Of a stretch of DNA of 64,000 nt, positions 50,498 through 59,856 are shown piece after piece (position 1 is the stretch's first letter; each line of letters starts with the position of its first letter). The translations under genes and the position numbers were made by a program. The stretch is from a virus, in IMG/VR virus record IMGVR_UViG_3300037311_000299, positions 1-64,000 of that record; one strand, given 5' to 3'. Under the pieces are notes generated by a model. It was not told the origin of the DNA. It saw nothing but the letters and a program-made list of their open reading frames with translations, and ran no database searches.

Positions 50498-51697
50498 TCA
50501 GGCTCCTGGGCCGACGCGGTGGGCCGCGACGGGGTGAATGGCTACTTCGGTGTAGAGCAGGTCCAGAGCGGCACCGCTGTCGACGTACAGCGAGCAGGTA
50601 CCCGCGCGGGCGTGGTCGGTGGCCGAGGCGGTCTCGACGATGAGGTTTCCGTCCACCGTCACCCGCACGGAGTCGGTGGAGACGCCCGCGATGGACGCGA
50701 TTTGCAGGTGGTGTTGCACCTCGAGGTGCAGCTCGGTGGCGGTGGTGCTCAGCAGCGTGAGCGTGCCGCCGGTCTCGTCGTAGATGCGTATTCGACCGGC
50801 GGTCGAATCCGTAGCGTGAAACGTCACTCGAACGACGGTGGAGTTGTCGTCGGCCGAGGAGTGCCGGATGCGCCACCACGAGTCTCCCGCCGCGGAGGCC
50901 TCCAGCAGGGAGGTCCACACCACCCGCTTCCACGCCGCAGAGCAGGGCCCCACGGACATCGCCATGCCTGTCTCGTTGGCGAAGGCCAGCCGGAACACCG
51001 CCGTCTCGAGGGTGGCCGGCGTGACGCCCGGCATCCTGGACCACTGAAAGAGCCCCTGGGAGAAGTCCTCGACGAGCGCGTACCAGTAGACGTCCAGCCG
51101 CTCGTTCCAGGGCCGCAGCGCGGCGATGGCGCCGTGCACGAGGTCGCGGTTGGCGCGCTTCTCGCCGGCGGAGAGTGTACCGCCGAGGTCCTCGAAGATG
51201 CCGTAGGGGTCCGGAAGATGGAGGTCCACCGTGTACTCGCTCCAGGGCGAGGCCCCGGGAGACGAGAGCCCGTACCAGGGCAGGCTCGTGAGCCCCAAGA
51301 TGTCCTTGCGCAGATGCCAGTCGGCCACCAGCACCGGCCGCGCGAGCAGGGCCACCAGTATCGACCGGAGGTCGAATCCCGCCTGCCGCCAGATGGCGAC
51401 GGCGTCGGGCAGGAAGCGCCGCCACTGGGCTTCGGTGAAGTGCCTTGGGAAGCCGATTGCGGCGTCGAGCCCGAACTGCGCGCCGAGCAGCGGGAGACAC
51501 TTGCCCGGGACCCGGTCCGGGTCGTGGACGTCGCGCATGGCCAGCGCCCGGTTGTACAGCGGCAGCGACGTCTTCGCGGCTGCCTGCAGGAGACCCCGCA
51601 AGATACGCGCCTGCTCCGCGTCGTGCAGGTGGCCCGGGTGCAGCCAGCCGAGCATCTGGGCGGCGCTGTCGTCTACCCACTCGTCGGTGGCGCTCAC
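50498..51697 (-). CDS. Baseplate/tail protein, P2 gpI-like N-terminal domain
   Basis: 399 aa. DPDRVPGKCLPLLGAQFGLD resembles the gpI family signature. Follows the gpJ-like gene with a 4-nt overlap. Confidence 0.55.
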   Translation of the reverse strand: MSATDEWVDDSAAQMLGWLHPGHLHDAEQARILRGLLQAAAKTSLPLYNRALAMRDVHDPDRVPGKCLPLLGAQFGLDAAIGFPRHFTEAQWRRFLPDAVAIWRQAGFDLRSILVALLARPVLVADWHLRKDILGLTSLPWYGLSSPGASPWSEYTVDLHLPDPYGIFEDLGGTLSAGEKRANRDLVHGAIAALRPWNERLDVYWYALVEDFSQGLFQWSRMPGVTPATLETAVFRLAFANETGMAMSVGPCSAAWKRVVWTSLLEASAAGDSWWRIRHSSADDNSTVVRVTFHATDSTAGRIRIYDETGGTLTLLSTTATELHLEVQHHLQIASIAGVSTDSVRVTVDGNLIVETASATDHARAGTCSLYVDSGAALDLLYTEVAIHPVAAHRVGPGA

Positions 51698-53931
51698 GAG
51701 GCCTCCGTGATGGTGACGGTCGCAGTGCCGAGCATCGGCAGCTCGCCCTCGTCGAGGTCGATGGCGGCCACGTCCGTGAGGCTCTCGCCGAGGTCGTCGA
51801 TGGTGGTGACCTGGTCGATGTAGCCGTCACCGGCTGCTGCGGCGATGGCCGCGAGCACGGTCGTCTTCGAGAGCCGCCCCCCGAGCCGGTGGACGTAGGT
51901 GCCGGTGGCCTCGGTGGAGTCGGTGGGCAGGCGCCGGCGGACGAGCGGGCGCAGCGCATCGGCGAGCGCGGCTTCGATGGCGGCCTTCACGCCCCCCGCG
52001 TAGCCGGTGAGCACCGTGACCGTTGTCGTGACGTTGACCACCCGCGCGACCCAGTTCAGCACCCGCGCTTGCTGGTTGAGCAGCATGCGCTTTCCGATGC
52101 GCTGCCAGCCATAGGCGGTGCCGTTGAGCCACGCCTCGAGCTCCTCCAGATCGTCGGCGGTCAGCTGGGTGTCGCCGGTACCCACGACGTAGACGCGGGC
52201 GGTCTTGGGGTCGGTCTCGTCCTCGTAGCCGATGGCGCGGGCCACGGGCGAGCGCCCGTCGGCGGTGCGAAAGTTTGCCTCGATGAAGGCGCCCGTCGCC
52301 TCCGCGGTGACGGGGCCGTTGACCGCCCGCACGTAGCCGGGGATGAGCAGCTTCGTCTTCGCGATGGAGGCCTCCGTGCCCCCTTCGCGCGCGGCCCAGC
52401 CGGTGGCTGCGCGGGGATTGGTGATGTCCGCGAGCGACGTGACGGCCGTCGAGGCGGTCTTCACCGCGCCGGCACCGACGTTGCCGTCGTCCATGGCACC
52501 CCGGCGGTAGGACGCGAGAATGCGGGCACCCGCCGGGGGGATGGCGCCCGTGACGCCGTCTCCGAAGGTGTAGCGGAACGTCCCGTCCGGGTCCTCGCTG
52601 AGCTGCACGACCTTGTCGTCGGGGTCGTAGCCGTACAGGCTCGCCACCACCGTCCACACCTCGCCGCCCACCGTGACGGAGTCTGCCTCCGCGGCGGTGC
52701 CGTCGATGATGTCTGCCGCCGAGAGCTGGTAGGTCTGCAATGCCGCGGTGGTGGCTTGGCCGAGGTCTTCGGTGACGCTGCGCCCCTGCTGGCAGTCCTC
52801 GAGGAGCAGGTGCCAGCGCCGGGCCACGCCCGCCACCGTGCCCAGCGCGGGGCTGCTCGCGGGGTTGCCGATGGCGCGGCAGCGCACCCAGAAGGCCGTC
52901 ACGCTGTCGAGCTCGGTCTTGGCCCAGGCGTAGTCGGCGGACTGCGGCAGCGTCCACTGCACGCTGCCGGACTGCTTGCAGCCGTTGGTGCCGTCGACCA
53001 GGCCCGGCAACGCCACCCATCGGGGCCTCACCTCGTACAGGGCGGGGTTCTCGCTCGGGGAGGTCTGGCCCAGGTAGCTCACGTCCACGTAGTGGCCCGC
53101 GCCGAAGGCCAACACCGCCTCCTCGCGCGCGCCGGTGGGCAGGTAGACCACCTCGATGGTGAACAGCCCGTCGGCCACACTGCTCGCGCCGAAGAAGCTG
53201 TTGATGGCCACCCGCAGGGTGCCCGAGCCGAGGTCGGTGACGGTCGAGGGCGCGAGCGCATAGTCCGGATCGTAGTACTCCCACCGGGCTGCTGCGGCGG
53301 CGTGGGTGAGTGTGCCCGTGAAGGTCAGCGCAAGCGCGCTGAACATCGCGTCGGGGTGGCCCAGATACAGCGCGTCGCCGGAGTCGTGGTTGGCCCAGAT
53401 GGTGGAGCCGCTCACCGCGGCGAAGGCCTCCGTGGCGGCGATGAACCGCCGGGCCACCCCCCGGTCGGTGCCGTCGCCGGCGAAGTCGGTGGGGCGCACG
53501 CTCACCGCGTCCCCCAACCACTCGAACTCCACCGCCGTGGCCCCGGTGTCGGGGGTGGTGGTGAAGCGCGTGCCCGAGGGGACGAGCGACTCGGTGGACG
53601 ACAGAATGCGGGTGATTGTCGCGACCACGTCCGTGCTGGCCGGCGTCTCGCGGCGGAGCTGGTAGCCCACGAGCCGAGCGAGCGCCACGAGCGCCGCGCG
53701 TGTGCGCAGGGTCGGCAGGTAGGACTCTGCCGCCTGGTCGTCGATGAGGGTGTGCCCGATGTGCTGGTACAGCGCGAACACCCGCCCGAGGCCGTTGACC
53801 AGGTCGAAGGGGTCCGTCTCGGTGTGGTCGGGCAGGAACTCCCGCTTCCAGCGCCCGAAGGCATCGACGAGGCTGTCGTAGTAGATGCCGTTGACCTGCA
53901 GGTCGCGCGGTGTCGTGACCGGGATCGCCAT
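51694..53931 (-). CDS. Baseplate J-like protein
   Basis: 745 aa from MAIPVTTPRDLQVNG. Call based on position between the gpW-like and gpI-like genes. ORF 51694..54342 trimmed (TGATG overlap). Confidence 0.65.
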   Translation of the reverse strand: MAIPVTTPRDLQVNGIYYDSLVDAFGRWKREFLPDHTETDPFDLVNGLGRVFALYQHIGHTLIDDQAAESYLPTLRTRAALVALARLVGYQLRRETPASTDVVATITRILSSTESLVPSGTRFTTTPDTGATAVEFEWLGDAVSVRPTDFAGDGTDRGVARRFIAATEAFAAVSGSTIWANHDSGDALYLGHPDAMFSALALTFTGTLTHAAAAARWEYYDPDYALAPSTVTDLGSGTLRVAINSFFGASSVADGLFTIEVVYLPTGAREEAVLAFGAGHYVDVSYLGQTSPSENPALYEVRPRWVALPGLVDGTNGCKQSGSVQWTLPQSADYAWAKTELDSVTAFWVRCRAIGNPASSPALGTVAGVARRWHLLLEDCQQGRSVTEDLGQATTAALQTYQLSAADIIDGTAAEADSVTVGGEVWTVVASLYGYDPDDKVVQLSEDPDGTFRYTFGDGVTGAIPPAGARILASYRRGAMDDGNVGAGAVKTASTAVTSLADITNPRAATGWAAREGGTEASIAKTKLLIPGYVRAVNGPVTAEATGAFIEANFRTADGRSPVARAIGYEDETDPKTARVYVVGTGDTQLTADDLEELEAWLNGTAYGWQRIGKRMLLNQQARVLNWVARVVNVTTTVTVLTGYAGGVKAAIEAALADALRPLVRRRLPTDSTEATGTYVHRLGGRLSKTTVLAAIAAAAGDGYIDQVTTIDDLGESLTDVAAIDLDEGELPMLGTATVTITEAS

Positions 53932-54311
53932 CACACTTCTCCCGTGATTTGGGCCTCTTGGCCGCCGGTCTCGAGGTTCTGCCACCGAATGACGACTGCC
54001 CGCCGGCCGTCGTCGCGCACGGGCCCCGACTCCATCGCGACGAGCCGCGCACGGCGCTGCGCCTCGAGGTCGCGGAAGACGCTGCGCACGTGCTCGTCGA
54101 ACCGCGCCGACTGCCGCCGGCTGGCCGTCTCGTACTCGCCGCCGGGCACCGTGTAGCCCTCGGCCACGTCGAAGGGGTGCAGGCTCATGCCCGGCGAGAG
54201 CCGCGCGACGATGACCTGCTCGAGGCTTCGGCGGCCCCCGTCGTCGGGGGAGGTCCACGCGATGCCGCCGGTCGGCGCAATACGCAGGGGTGTGAGCGCG
54301 CTGCGAGCCAT
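53931..54311 (-). CDS. Baseplate wedge protein, gpW/gp25-like
   Basis: 126 aa. Size and position between the gpV-like and gpJ-like genes. TGATG overlaps on both sides. Confidence 0.5.
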   Translation of the reverse strand: MARSALTPLRIAPTGGIAWTSPDDGGRRSLEQVIVARLSPGMSLHPFDVAEGYTVPGGEYETASRRQSARFDEHVRSVFRDLEAQRRARLVAMESGPVRDDGRRAVVIRWQNLETGGQEAQITGEV

Positions 54312-54886
54312 CAGGTGCCCTCGTCTTTGGCGACGTACACACGAGCGCTCAGCACGTCGCCGAGGGCCGTACGGACGCCCTGGATGCCGGAAATTGCCGT
54401 CTGCACCACCGCCTGAGACGCGGGGTCCATTGAGGCTGTGCCGTAGGTCGCGTTTCGGATGGAGCCGAGCGCTGTCTCGATGTTCTGCAGCGCCGTGGTG
54501 AGCTTGGAGACGAGCGCGTCTCCGAGCACGGCCCGCTCGGTCGCGCCGAAATGGCCGAGGTAGACCTTGCCGACGGAGTCGAGCCCCACGAGCGAGGCCT
54601 CGTCGCGCGAGACCAGCGCACGGCGCTGCGGGTATTCGTCCCGCGCCCACCCCGGCGGCTCGGCCGAGGGCGAGGGCGCGAGCTCCGTCCACACGTAGTC
54701 GCCCGGCGCAGAGCTCTCGACCGCGACGGTGGTGTCGACCGTGGGGATGGCCCAGGGCGTGGCGACGGCGAAGCGCGGGCGCGCCCAGAAGGGCTGCTCG
54801 AGCAAGGCGGGGCACTGAACCAGCACGCGCCCCTGCTGCTTGGGGTCGGTGTCGTCGACGACGACCGCGAGGTAGACCCGGCTCAT
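54311..54886 (-). CDS. Baseplate spike/assembly protein gpV-like
   Basis: 191 aa. AVVVDDTDPKQQGRVLVQCPAL...WARP...PTVDTTVAVE fits the gpV/gp5 OB-fold N-terminus. Confidence 0.6.
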   Translation of the reverse strand: MSRVYLAVVVDDTDPKQQGRVLVQCPALLEQPFWARPRFAVATPWAIPTVDTTVAVESSAPGDYVWTELAPSPSAEPPGWARDEYPQRRALVSRDEASLVGLDSVGKVYLGHFGATERAVLGDALVSKLTTALQNIETALGSIRNATYGTASMDPASQAVVQTAISGIQGVRTALGDVLSARVYVAKDEGT

Positions 54887-56256
54887 CGTGCCTCCACCAG
54901 CACGCGCTGGCCCTCGAAGCGCACCTGGTGCCCCGAGCCGTCCCAGGAGTGCGTGACGCGGGTCATGAGGTAGTACCCCTCGTCGGTGGGCAGCACGCCC
55001 GAGACATAGTGAGCTTGGTCCACACCCAGCTCGTGGGCGCCCTGGATGTTGGGGACGAGCTCGCCAGAGCACACGAAGAAGCCCTCATAGCGGGCCTGCA
55101 TCCACGCCAGCGCGTACTCGCGCACACCCTCTCCAGCCTGCGCCGCCCCCGCGTAGAGGACCTCCCGCGCCCAGCGCTTTTCGCGGACCGTGATGCGGCG
55201 GCGCTTGCCGGCGGGGATGGTCTTGTAGCTCTTGCCCGTCTCCACGCCCTCGCTGCTCTCGCCGAGCTGCGCCACGAGGAAAGACGTGCCGTCGGAGATG
55301 GCCGAGGGGTCGAACTTCGAGTAGAGCCGGAGCTGGTCAGCCGCCGCCGCCACTTGCTTGGCGTCGAGCTGCTCCTCGCTCTCGACCACTGCACCCGTGG
55401 GGGTCATCCGGACAGTGACCCGCACCACCTGGCGCGTGCTCCTGTCGAGCCCCACCACCTCCACCGCCGACGGAAGCCCCTGGGTGTCGAAGGTCGTGTC
55501 GAACGACTGCAGCTCGCCGCCGGTCTCCGACTCGGGCGCGATGTACCGCAGTCGCCTCCCCTGCCCTGCACTGAACCGCACCCGCCCACTGCCGCTCAGC
55601 GGCGAGTCGGCCACCCGAAGCGGGAGCATCTCCAGCGTCTCCCTGCCGCGGCTGCCCGAAGGCGAAGGCTCGTAGGCCACCCGCGGCATCGCGAGCCCGT
55701 AGGTCTGCGCCAGGAGCTTGCAGTACTCGAGGTCGGACTTGCCGACCTCCTTGACCCGGTCCCCCTTCGGCACCCCGGGCCCACTGAGCGCCTCCGCTGC
55801 CTCGAGTTGCATACCCGCTCGCTCGGCGATGGCCTGCAGCGGCGGCAGCTCCGACTTCAGCGCCTCGAACACGAAGCTCTGCTGCGGGACCATCAGCCGC
55901 GCCAGGCTCCCGTGCGCCTGCACGGAGAGCGTCGGGGCCTCGCCGGCTGGGTAGTCCGAATCCCGAGTCACCACGCTGAACAGCCCGTGGCAGTGGTCCA
56001 CCGCATCGAAGCCGCTCCACAATTCGAACTCGGTGCCGGGCCACAAGAACTCGGCGTCGGTGGCCAACACGAAGCCCCGGAACGCGTCCCACGCCAAGAA
56101 AGTGAGCGTGACGGTGGGCGCGAGCCCCACCTCCTCCTCGAGCTGGATGGCCTGCAGGTGCTCGACGACCGAGTCGTCGAGCGAGCGCATCCTCCCCGTC
56201 CGCGCGTCGAGCACCCGAATGTCGATGACAGCAGCCCGGGGCTCTGCGGTGGTCAT
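54883..56256 (-). CDS. Baseplate hub protein, late control gene D (gpD)-like
   Basis: 457 aa. Position upstream of the gpV-like gene. ATGA overlaps on both sides. Confidence 0.6.
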   Translation of the reverse strand: MTTAEPRAAVIDIRVLDARTGRMRSLDDSVVEHLQAIQLEEEVGLAPTVTLTFLAWDAFRGFVLATDAEFLWPGTEFELWSGFDAVDHCHGLFSVVTRDSDYPAGEAPTLSVQAHGSLARLMVPQQSFVFEALKSELPPLQAIAERAGMQLEAAEALSGPGVPKGDRVKEVGKSDLEYCKLLAQTYGLAMPRVAYEPSPSGSRGRETLEMLPLRVADSPLSGSGRVRFSAGQGRRLRYIAPESETGGELQSFDTTFDTQGLPSAVEVVGLDRSTRQVVRVTVRMTPTGAVVESEEQLDAKQVAAAADQLRLYSKFDPSAISDGTSFLVAQLGESSEGVETGKSYKTIPAGKRRRITVREKRWAREVLYAGAAQAGEGVREYALAWMQARYEGFFVCSGELVPNIQGAHELGVDQAHYVSGVLPTDEGYYLMTRVTHSWDGSGHQVRFEGQRVLVEAR

Positions 56257-57329
56257 GCCTCCACCTCCCCGCGCGCAATCGCCGCCGCCCGGTCGCGATC
56301 GCGCTCTACCGGAGGCCTCCACGCGGGCCTGCCGCCCGCTGTGGCGCCCGCGCGAAGTGGCGTGGGTTCGCCCTCGGGGACGGTCGTCAGCGTGGCAGAC
56401 AAGCCCTCCCAGGCCCGCACCGCGCCGACCAGCCGCGCCTTGGCCTTCTCCGCCACCCGGGTCATCGCCCCCGTCTGAAGCCAGGCGGGGCTCGCCGGCG
56501 CTACGGGCACCCGCAGGCGGCTGTGGGTGGCGTCGAACACCCGCACCCGCGCGTCGGGCGTCGGCAGCACGATTTGGGGGTTGATCCGGCGCAACAGCAC
56601 GCCCTTCATCGGGTCAGCCAGCAGCCGCTGAGCGAGCCCCTCCCACGTGTCGCCCGGGGCCCATGTGTGCCAGGACGTCTCTCGCTCGAAGGGGCTGCGC
56701 GCCTGTACGAGCTTGGCCGCCGTCGCCTCCACGAGCGTGAACGACACCCGCAGCGCGCGCAGTGCCCCGGTCTCCGCATCGAGCCCGTGTGGCACCTCGA
56801 TGGAGAGGTCCGCGAGCCAGCACCGCATCTGCCGCGAGCCGTAAGTCCACACCAGCGCCGGAGGGCGCGTGCGGTCGTACAGAGGCTCCTTGAGCGCCAT
56901 GAACGCTCGCCGCACCAAAGCGTCGAGCGGGTCCGCCCCTGCCGAGGTGTCTGGCATCGGCCACAGCCCGGTGATCGAGACCCGGTTTGCCGGCGCAGAG
57001 CGCGGGATGGTGATCCGCCGGCGCGCTCCGAAGCCCCCCGACTCGAGGATGTCCGCTCCCACCGACTGCTGGTCGGACTCCGGTCGGGTGTAGCCAAAAA
57101 CCGTCGGCAGCCCGTACCGCGCGTCCTCGGGCGCAGCCTCGAGCGTCCACGTGGGCTCTTCCGCCGGGTCGCCCTGCAGCGCCGCGTAGATGGTCAGCGC
57201 GAGCTCGCCGCCGATACGAAGCGCCGTATCCGTCGCGTTCTGCGCGAGCGGGCCCCCGCCAGCCGCACCCACGGCGCCACCAGCCAAGCTCGGCGATCCG
57301 ATGTTCAGCACCGGCAGGTTGAACGCCAC
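56253..57329 (-). CDS. Tail/baseplate protein (position of Mu gp43 DNA-circulation-like protein)
   Basis: 358 aa between the tape measure and gpD-like genes. Assigned by synteny only. Confidence 0.45.
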   Translation of the reverse strand: MAFNLPVLNIGSPSLAGGAVGAAGGGPLAQNATDTALRIGGELALTIYAALQGDPAEEPTWTLEAAPEDARYGLPTVFGYTRPESDQQSVGADILESGGFGARRRITIPRSAPANRVSITGLWPMPDTSAGADPLDALVRRAFMALKEPLYDRTRPPALVWTYGSRQMRCWLADLSIEVPHGLDAETGALRALRVSFTLVEATAAKLVQARSPFERETSWHTWAPGDTWEGLAQRLLADPMKGVLLRRINPQIVLPTPDARVRVFDATHSRLRVPVAPASPAWLQTGAMTRVAEKAKARLVGAVRAWEGLSATLTTVPEGEPTPLRAGATAGGRPAWRPPVERDRDRAAAIARGEVEA

Positions 57330-57330
57330 C

Positions 57331-59631
57331 TCAGCCCTCCGGGTTCAGCAGGTGCGGGCGGTGGTAGTTCTCGGCCAGCGGCTCGATGACCCCCGCGCCC
57401 TCCCCCGTCCGCAGCACAACCGCCCGGTAGCGGGCGTTCAGGTGGCGCGCCGTGCCGTCGCCGCGGGAGGCCCGGGCCGCGATCGAGTGGCCGCGCTTGC
57501 GGTCCTTGTCCGTGATCTGGTGGAAGATTTTGATGCCGATGTCGGAGAAGCCACTCCTGATGGAATCGCTGGCCGATGTCATGGCCTTGACCGCTGTGCC
57601 GATCGGGCCAACTGCGAGGAGACGGGTGATCACCTCCTCGGTCACCGCGTCGACCTTTGCCTGAATCGCTATTAGTTCCTTCACGGCCTTCTCTCGAGCT
57701 CTTTTCTCCTGGTTGATCAGCTCGGTGAGTTGCTCTTCCACCGCTGTACGGTTACCGAGCACCGTCTTCATCGCTTCTTTGCTGGCTTCGTCTATGAAGG
57801 CGTCGACCATAGTGGGGTCGAGCATCCGCGGCCCAAGACCCGGCATGGACGGCGCTTCTGCGCGCTGCTGAAACTGTTTCGATGTCTCGGCGGCCAGTTC
57901 TCCGAAGAGCTTGCTCTGCAGCTTTTTTAGCGCGGCCTGCACGAGTTTGTCCTGCGGATCATATCCAGCCTGCCGGAGGAGGTTTTCGTTGCCATAGCCG
58001 GTCGAGACCACGTCCATGATGCCCGGTACGTTTTTCAGGAATCCTCTTGGATTAGCCCTGAAAAACTCCGCATACCCCTTGATTTCGCGGCCCTCGGTAT
58101 TGCCAAACACCATCGTTTTGACGTTTTTCGCCGTGTCCATGTCAAGCTGGGCTCTGAGAGATTCATTGTCCCCAAAATACTTTCTTCCGAAGTATCCTCC
58201 TAGGGCCTCGCCGAGTGCCGCTGCCGCTGCCGCTGCCAACACCATCGACTCCACCACCAAAGTGCCCGTCGCGATTTTCCCCAGCACTCCGGCCGCGCCA
58301 GTAGCAGCTCCGGCAGCAGCACCAGCGCCGGTTGCTGTTTTTGCCTGCGACAGCGCCCCGCCTACGCCTGCAGCGAATTTTCCGATAAGGCCGAGCCCCT
58401 TTCCCACGAGCATGACCTCAAGCATTTCAAGCAAGCCTTTCACGACGTCTTCTGCGATGGTGAGAAATTGTCCGACAGCCTTCTTCACTTTGGGTATGGC
58501 CGCTTCGATTTTCGCTGGCAGCTTCTCGATGCTGCCTCCGTACCTATTCAAGATCATCACGCCGACGTCTCGAGTCATGGTGCTGAAGGAGGTCTTGATC
58601 CTGTCGATGTGATGGCCGGTGGACTGCCCAACTTGCTCGAACTGTCTATCCATCGTCCCGGTGGCACGGCGCATCGACGCGAGGTTACGCTCGAAGTCCG
58701 CGGCTTTCTTTCCAGTGATCGACAGCACCAAATTGAAGGCCTCGACAGACCCGAAAAGCGTTGCCAGAGCCTCTTGGTCGTCACCTGCGGCCTCGCTGAC
58801 CTCGCGCATGAACCCGGCGAGTCCTTCGGCCTTCAATCCGGTGGTCGAGAAATCGACACCGAGCCGCTCCGCGACCTTTCTGGCCTCTCCAGACGGCTTG
58901 ATCACTGCTGCCAGAGACTGCCGCAGGGCGGTGACCGCCTCAGCGGTCTTGATGCCAGCGGAGGTCGAGGTGGCCATTACTGCCGCGACCTCCTCGATGC
59001 TCACTCCTGTGGCGGCCGAGGTGCTGACGATGTTGCCGAGGCTTCGGGACAGCTCCTCGATCGAGGTCTTGCCGATGTTCGCAGACGCAAAGAGGACGTC
59101 CAAGACCTGCTCGGTTTTGCCCGCCGAAATTCCATAGGCATTTAGCACGCTCGTGGCGCCGTCCACGACGGTGGTCATGTCGGTGAAGCCGCCCTTGGCG
59201 GCCTTGGCCATGGCCCGGGTGAATTCGACCGCGCTTTCCTGTGCGATGCCAGCGCTCATGGCCTGGTACATCGCCTCATTGATGTCGTTGACCCCAATTC
59301 CGAAGTCCAGCGACATCTGCCGGACGGCCCCGCCGAACTTCTCGATGGCTCCGGAGCGGGAGCCCATAAGCGTGCCGATCTTGGTGAGCCCACGGTCGAG
59401 CTCGACTGCGCCGCTGATGGTCTGGTTGAGGCCCACGGTTGCGCCCGCGAAGGCGAGCCCGTAGCCCACCAGCGCCGAAGTGGCGCTTTTCAAGGTTCTC
59501 TCGGCGCGGTCGATGCTCAGCCCCATGGCGCCGACCAGGGTGCCAAAGCGCTGTGTTTGCTTCCCGGAGGCCCCCAGAGCAGCCCGAAACATCGCGTCAT
59601 CGAGCGTAAGCTTTGCGCCGAGTGTCAGCAT
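57331..59631 (-). CDS. Tail tape measure protein
   Basis: 766 aa. TP901-type core (GIGVNDINEAMYQAMSAGI...TSVLNAYG...LFASANIGKTSIEELS), Ala/Gly-rich hydrophobic segments. Follows the chaperone genes. Confidence 0.9.
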   Translation of the reverse strand: MLTLGAKLTLDDAMFRAALGASGKQTQRFGTLVGAMGLSIDRAERTLKSATSALVGYGLAFAGATVGLNQTISGAVELDRGLTKIGTLMGSRSGAIEKFGGAVRQMSLDFGIGVNDINEAMYQAMSAGIAQESAVEFTRAMAKAAKGGFTDMTTVVDGATSVLNAYGISAGKTEQVLDVLFASANIGKTSIEELSRSLGNIVSTSAATGVSIEEVAAVMATSTSAGIKTAEAVTALRQSLAAVIKPSGEARKVAERLGVDFSTTGLKAEGLAGFMREVSEAAGDDQEALATLFGSVEAFNLVLSITGKKAADFERNLASMRRATGTMDRQFEQVGQSTGHHIDRIKTSFSTMTRDVGVMILNRYGGSIEKLPAKIEAAIPKVKKAVGQFLTIAEDVVKGLLEMLEVMLVGKGLGLIGKFAAGVGGALSQAKTATGAGAAAGAATGAAGVLGKIATGTLVVESMVLAAAAAAALGEALGGYFGRKYFGDNESLRAQLDMDTAKNVKTMVFGNTEGREIKGYAEFFRANPRGFLKNVPGIMDVVSTGYGNENLLRQAGYDPQDKLVQAALKKLQSKLFGELAAETSKQFQQRAEAPSMPGLGPRMLDPTMVDAFIDEASKEAMKTVLGNRTAVEEQLTELINQEKRAREKAVKELIAIQAKVDAVTEEVITRLLAVGPIGTAVKAMTSASDSIRSGFSDIGIKIFHQITDKDRKRGHSIAARASRGDGTARHLNARYRAVVLRTGEGAGVIEPLAENYHRPHLLNPEG

Positions 59632-59634
59632 TCG

Positions 59635-59856
59635 TTACCTCGATTTTCGTTGGCGAGCGACTTCGTCTTCGGTCTTGGCGCACTGCGCCAGGACATCCAT
59701 GAGCTCGGCCGAGGTCAGATCCAGCAGCTCCACCCGCGTGTAGTGGCGGAGCTTCAACAGCGGGTCCGTCAGGCTCACGAAGTCCGCGTGGGAGAGGGCG
59801 GCGCTCGCGAGCTCGAGGATCGCTACTGCGCCAGCAGCATCCCCGAGTCGAAAGGG
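59635..59856 (-). CDS. -1 frameshift extension of the tail assembly chaperone (gpGT-like product: 60761..59850 joined to 59850..59635)
   Basis: ORF 59635..59955 is in the -1 frame relative to 59823..60806 and ends 3 nt before the tape measure start. Slippery heptamer in the correct zero frame. Confidence 0.55.
   Translation of the reverse strand, partial: PFRLGDAAGAVAILELASAALSHADFVSLTDPLLKLRHYTRVELLDLTSAELMDVLAQCAKTEDEVARQRKSR

Noticed and set aside
50261-56478. Long plus-strand ORFs (50261..51823, 51445..54156, 54928..56478) and the minus-strand off-frame ORFs 50445..51959 and 51827..54052
   Set aside because: They are antisense or off-frame relative to the syntenic baseplate genes. Their sequences are dominated by Arg/Gly/Pro/Ala/Val. 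They are shadow ORFs expected at about 70% GC.
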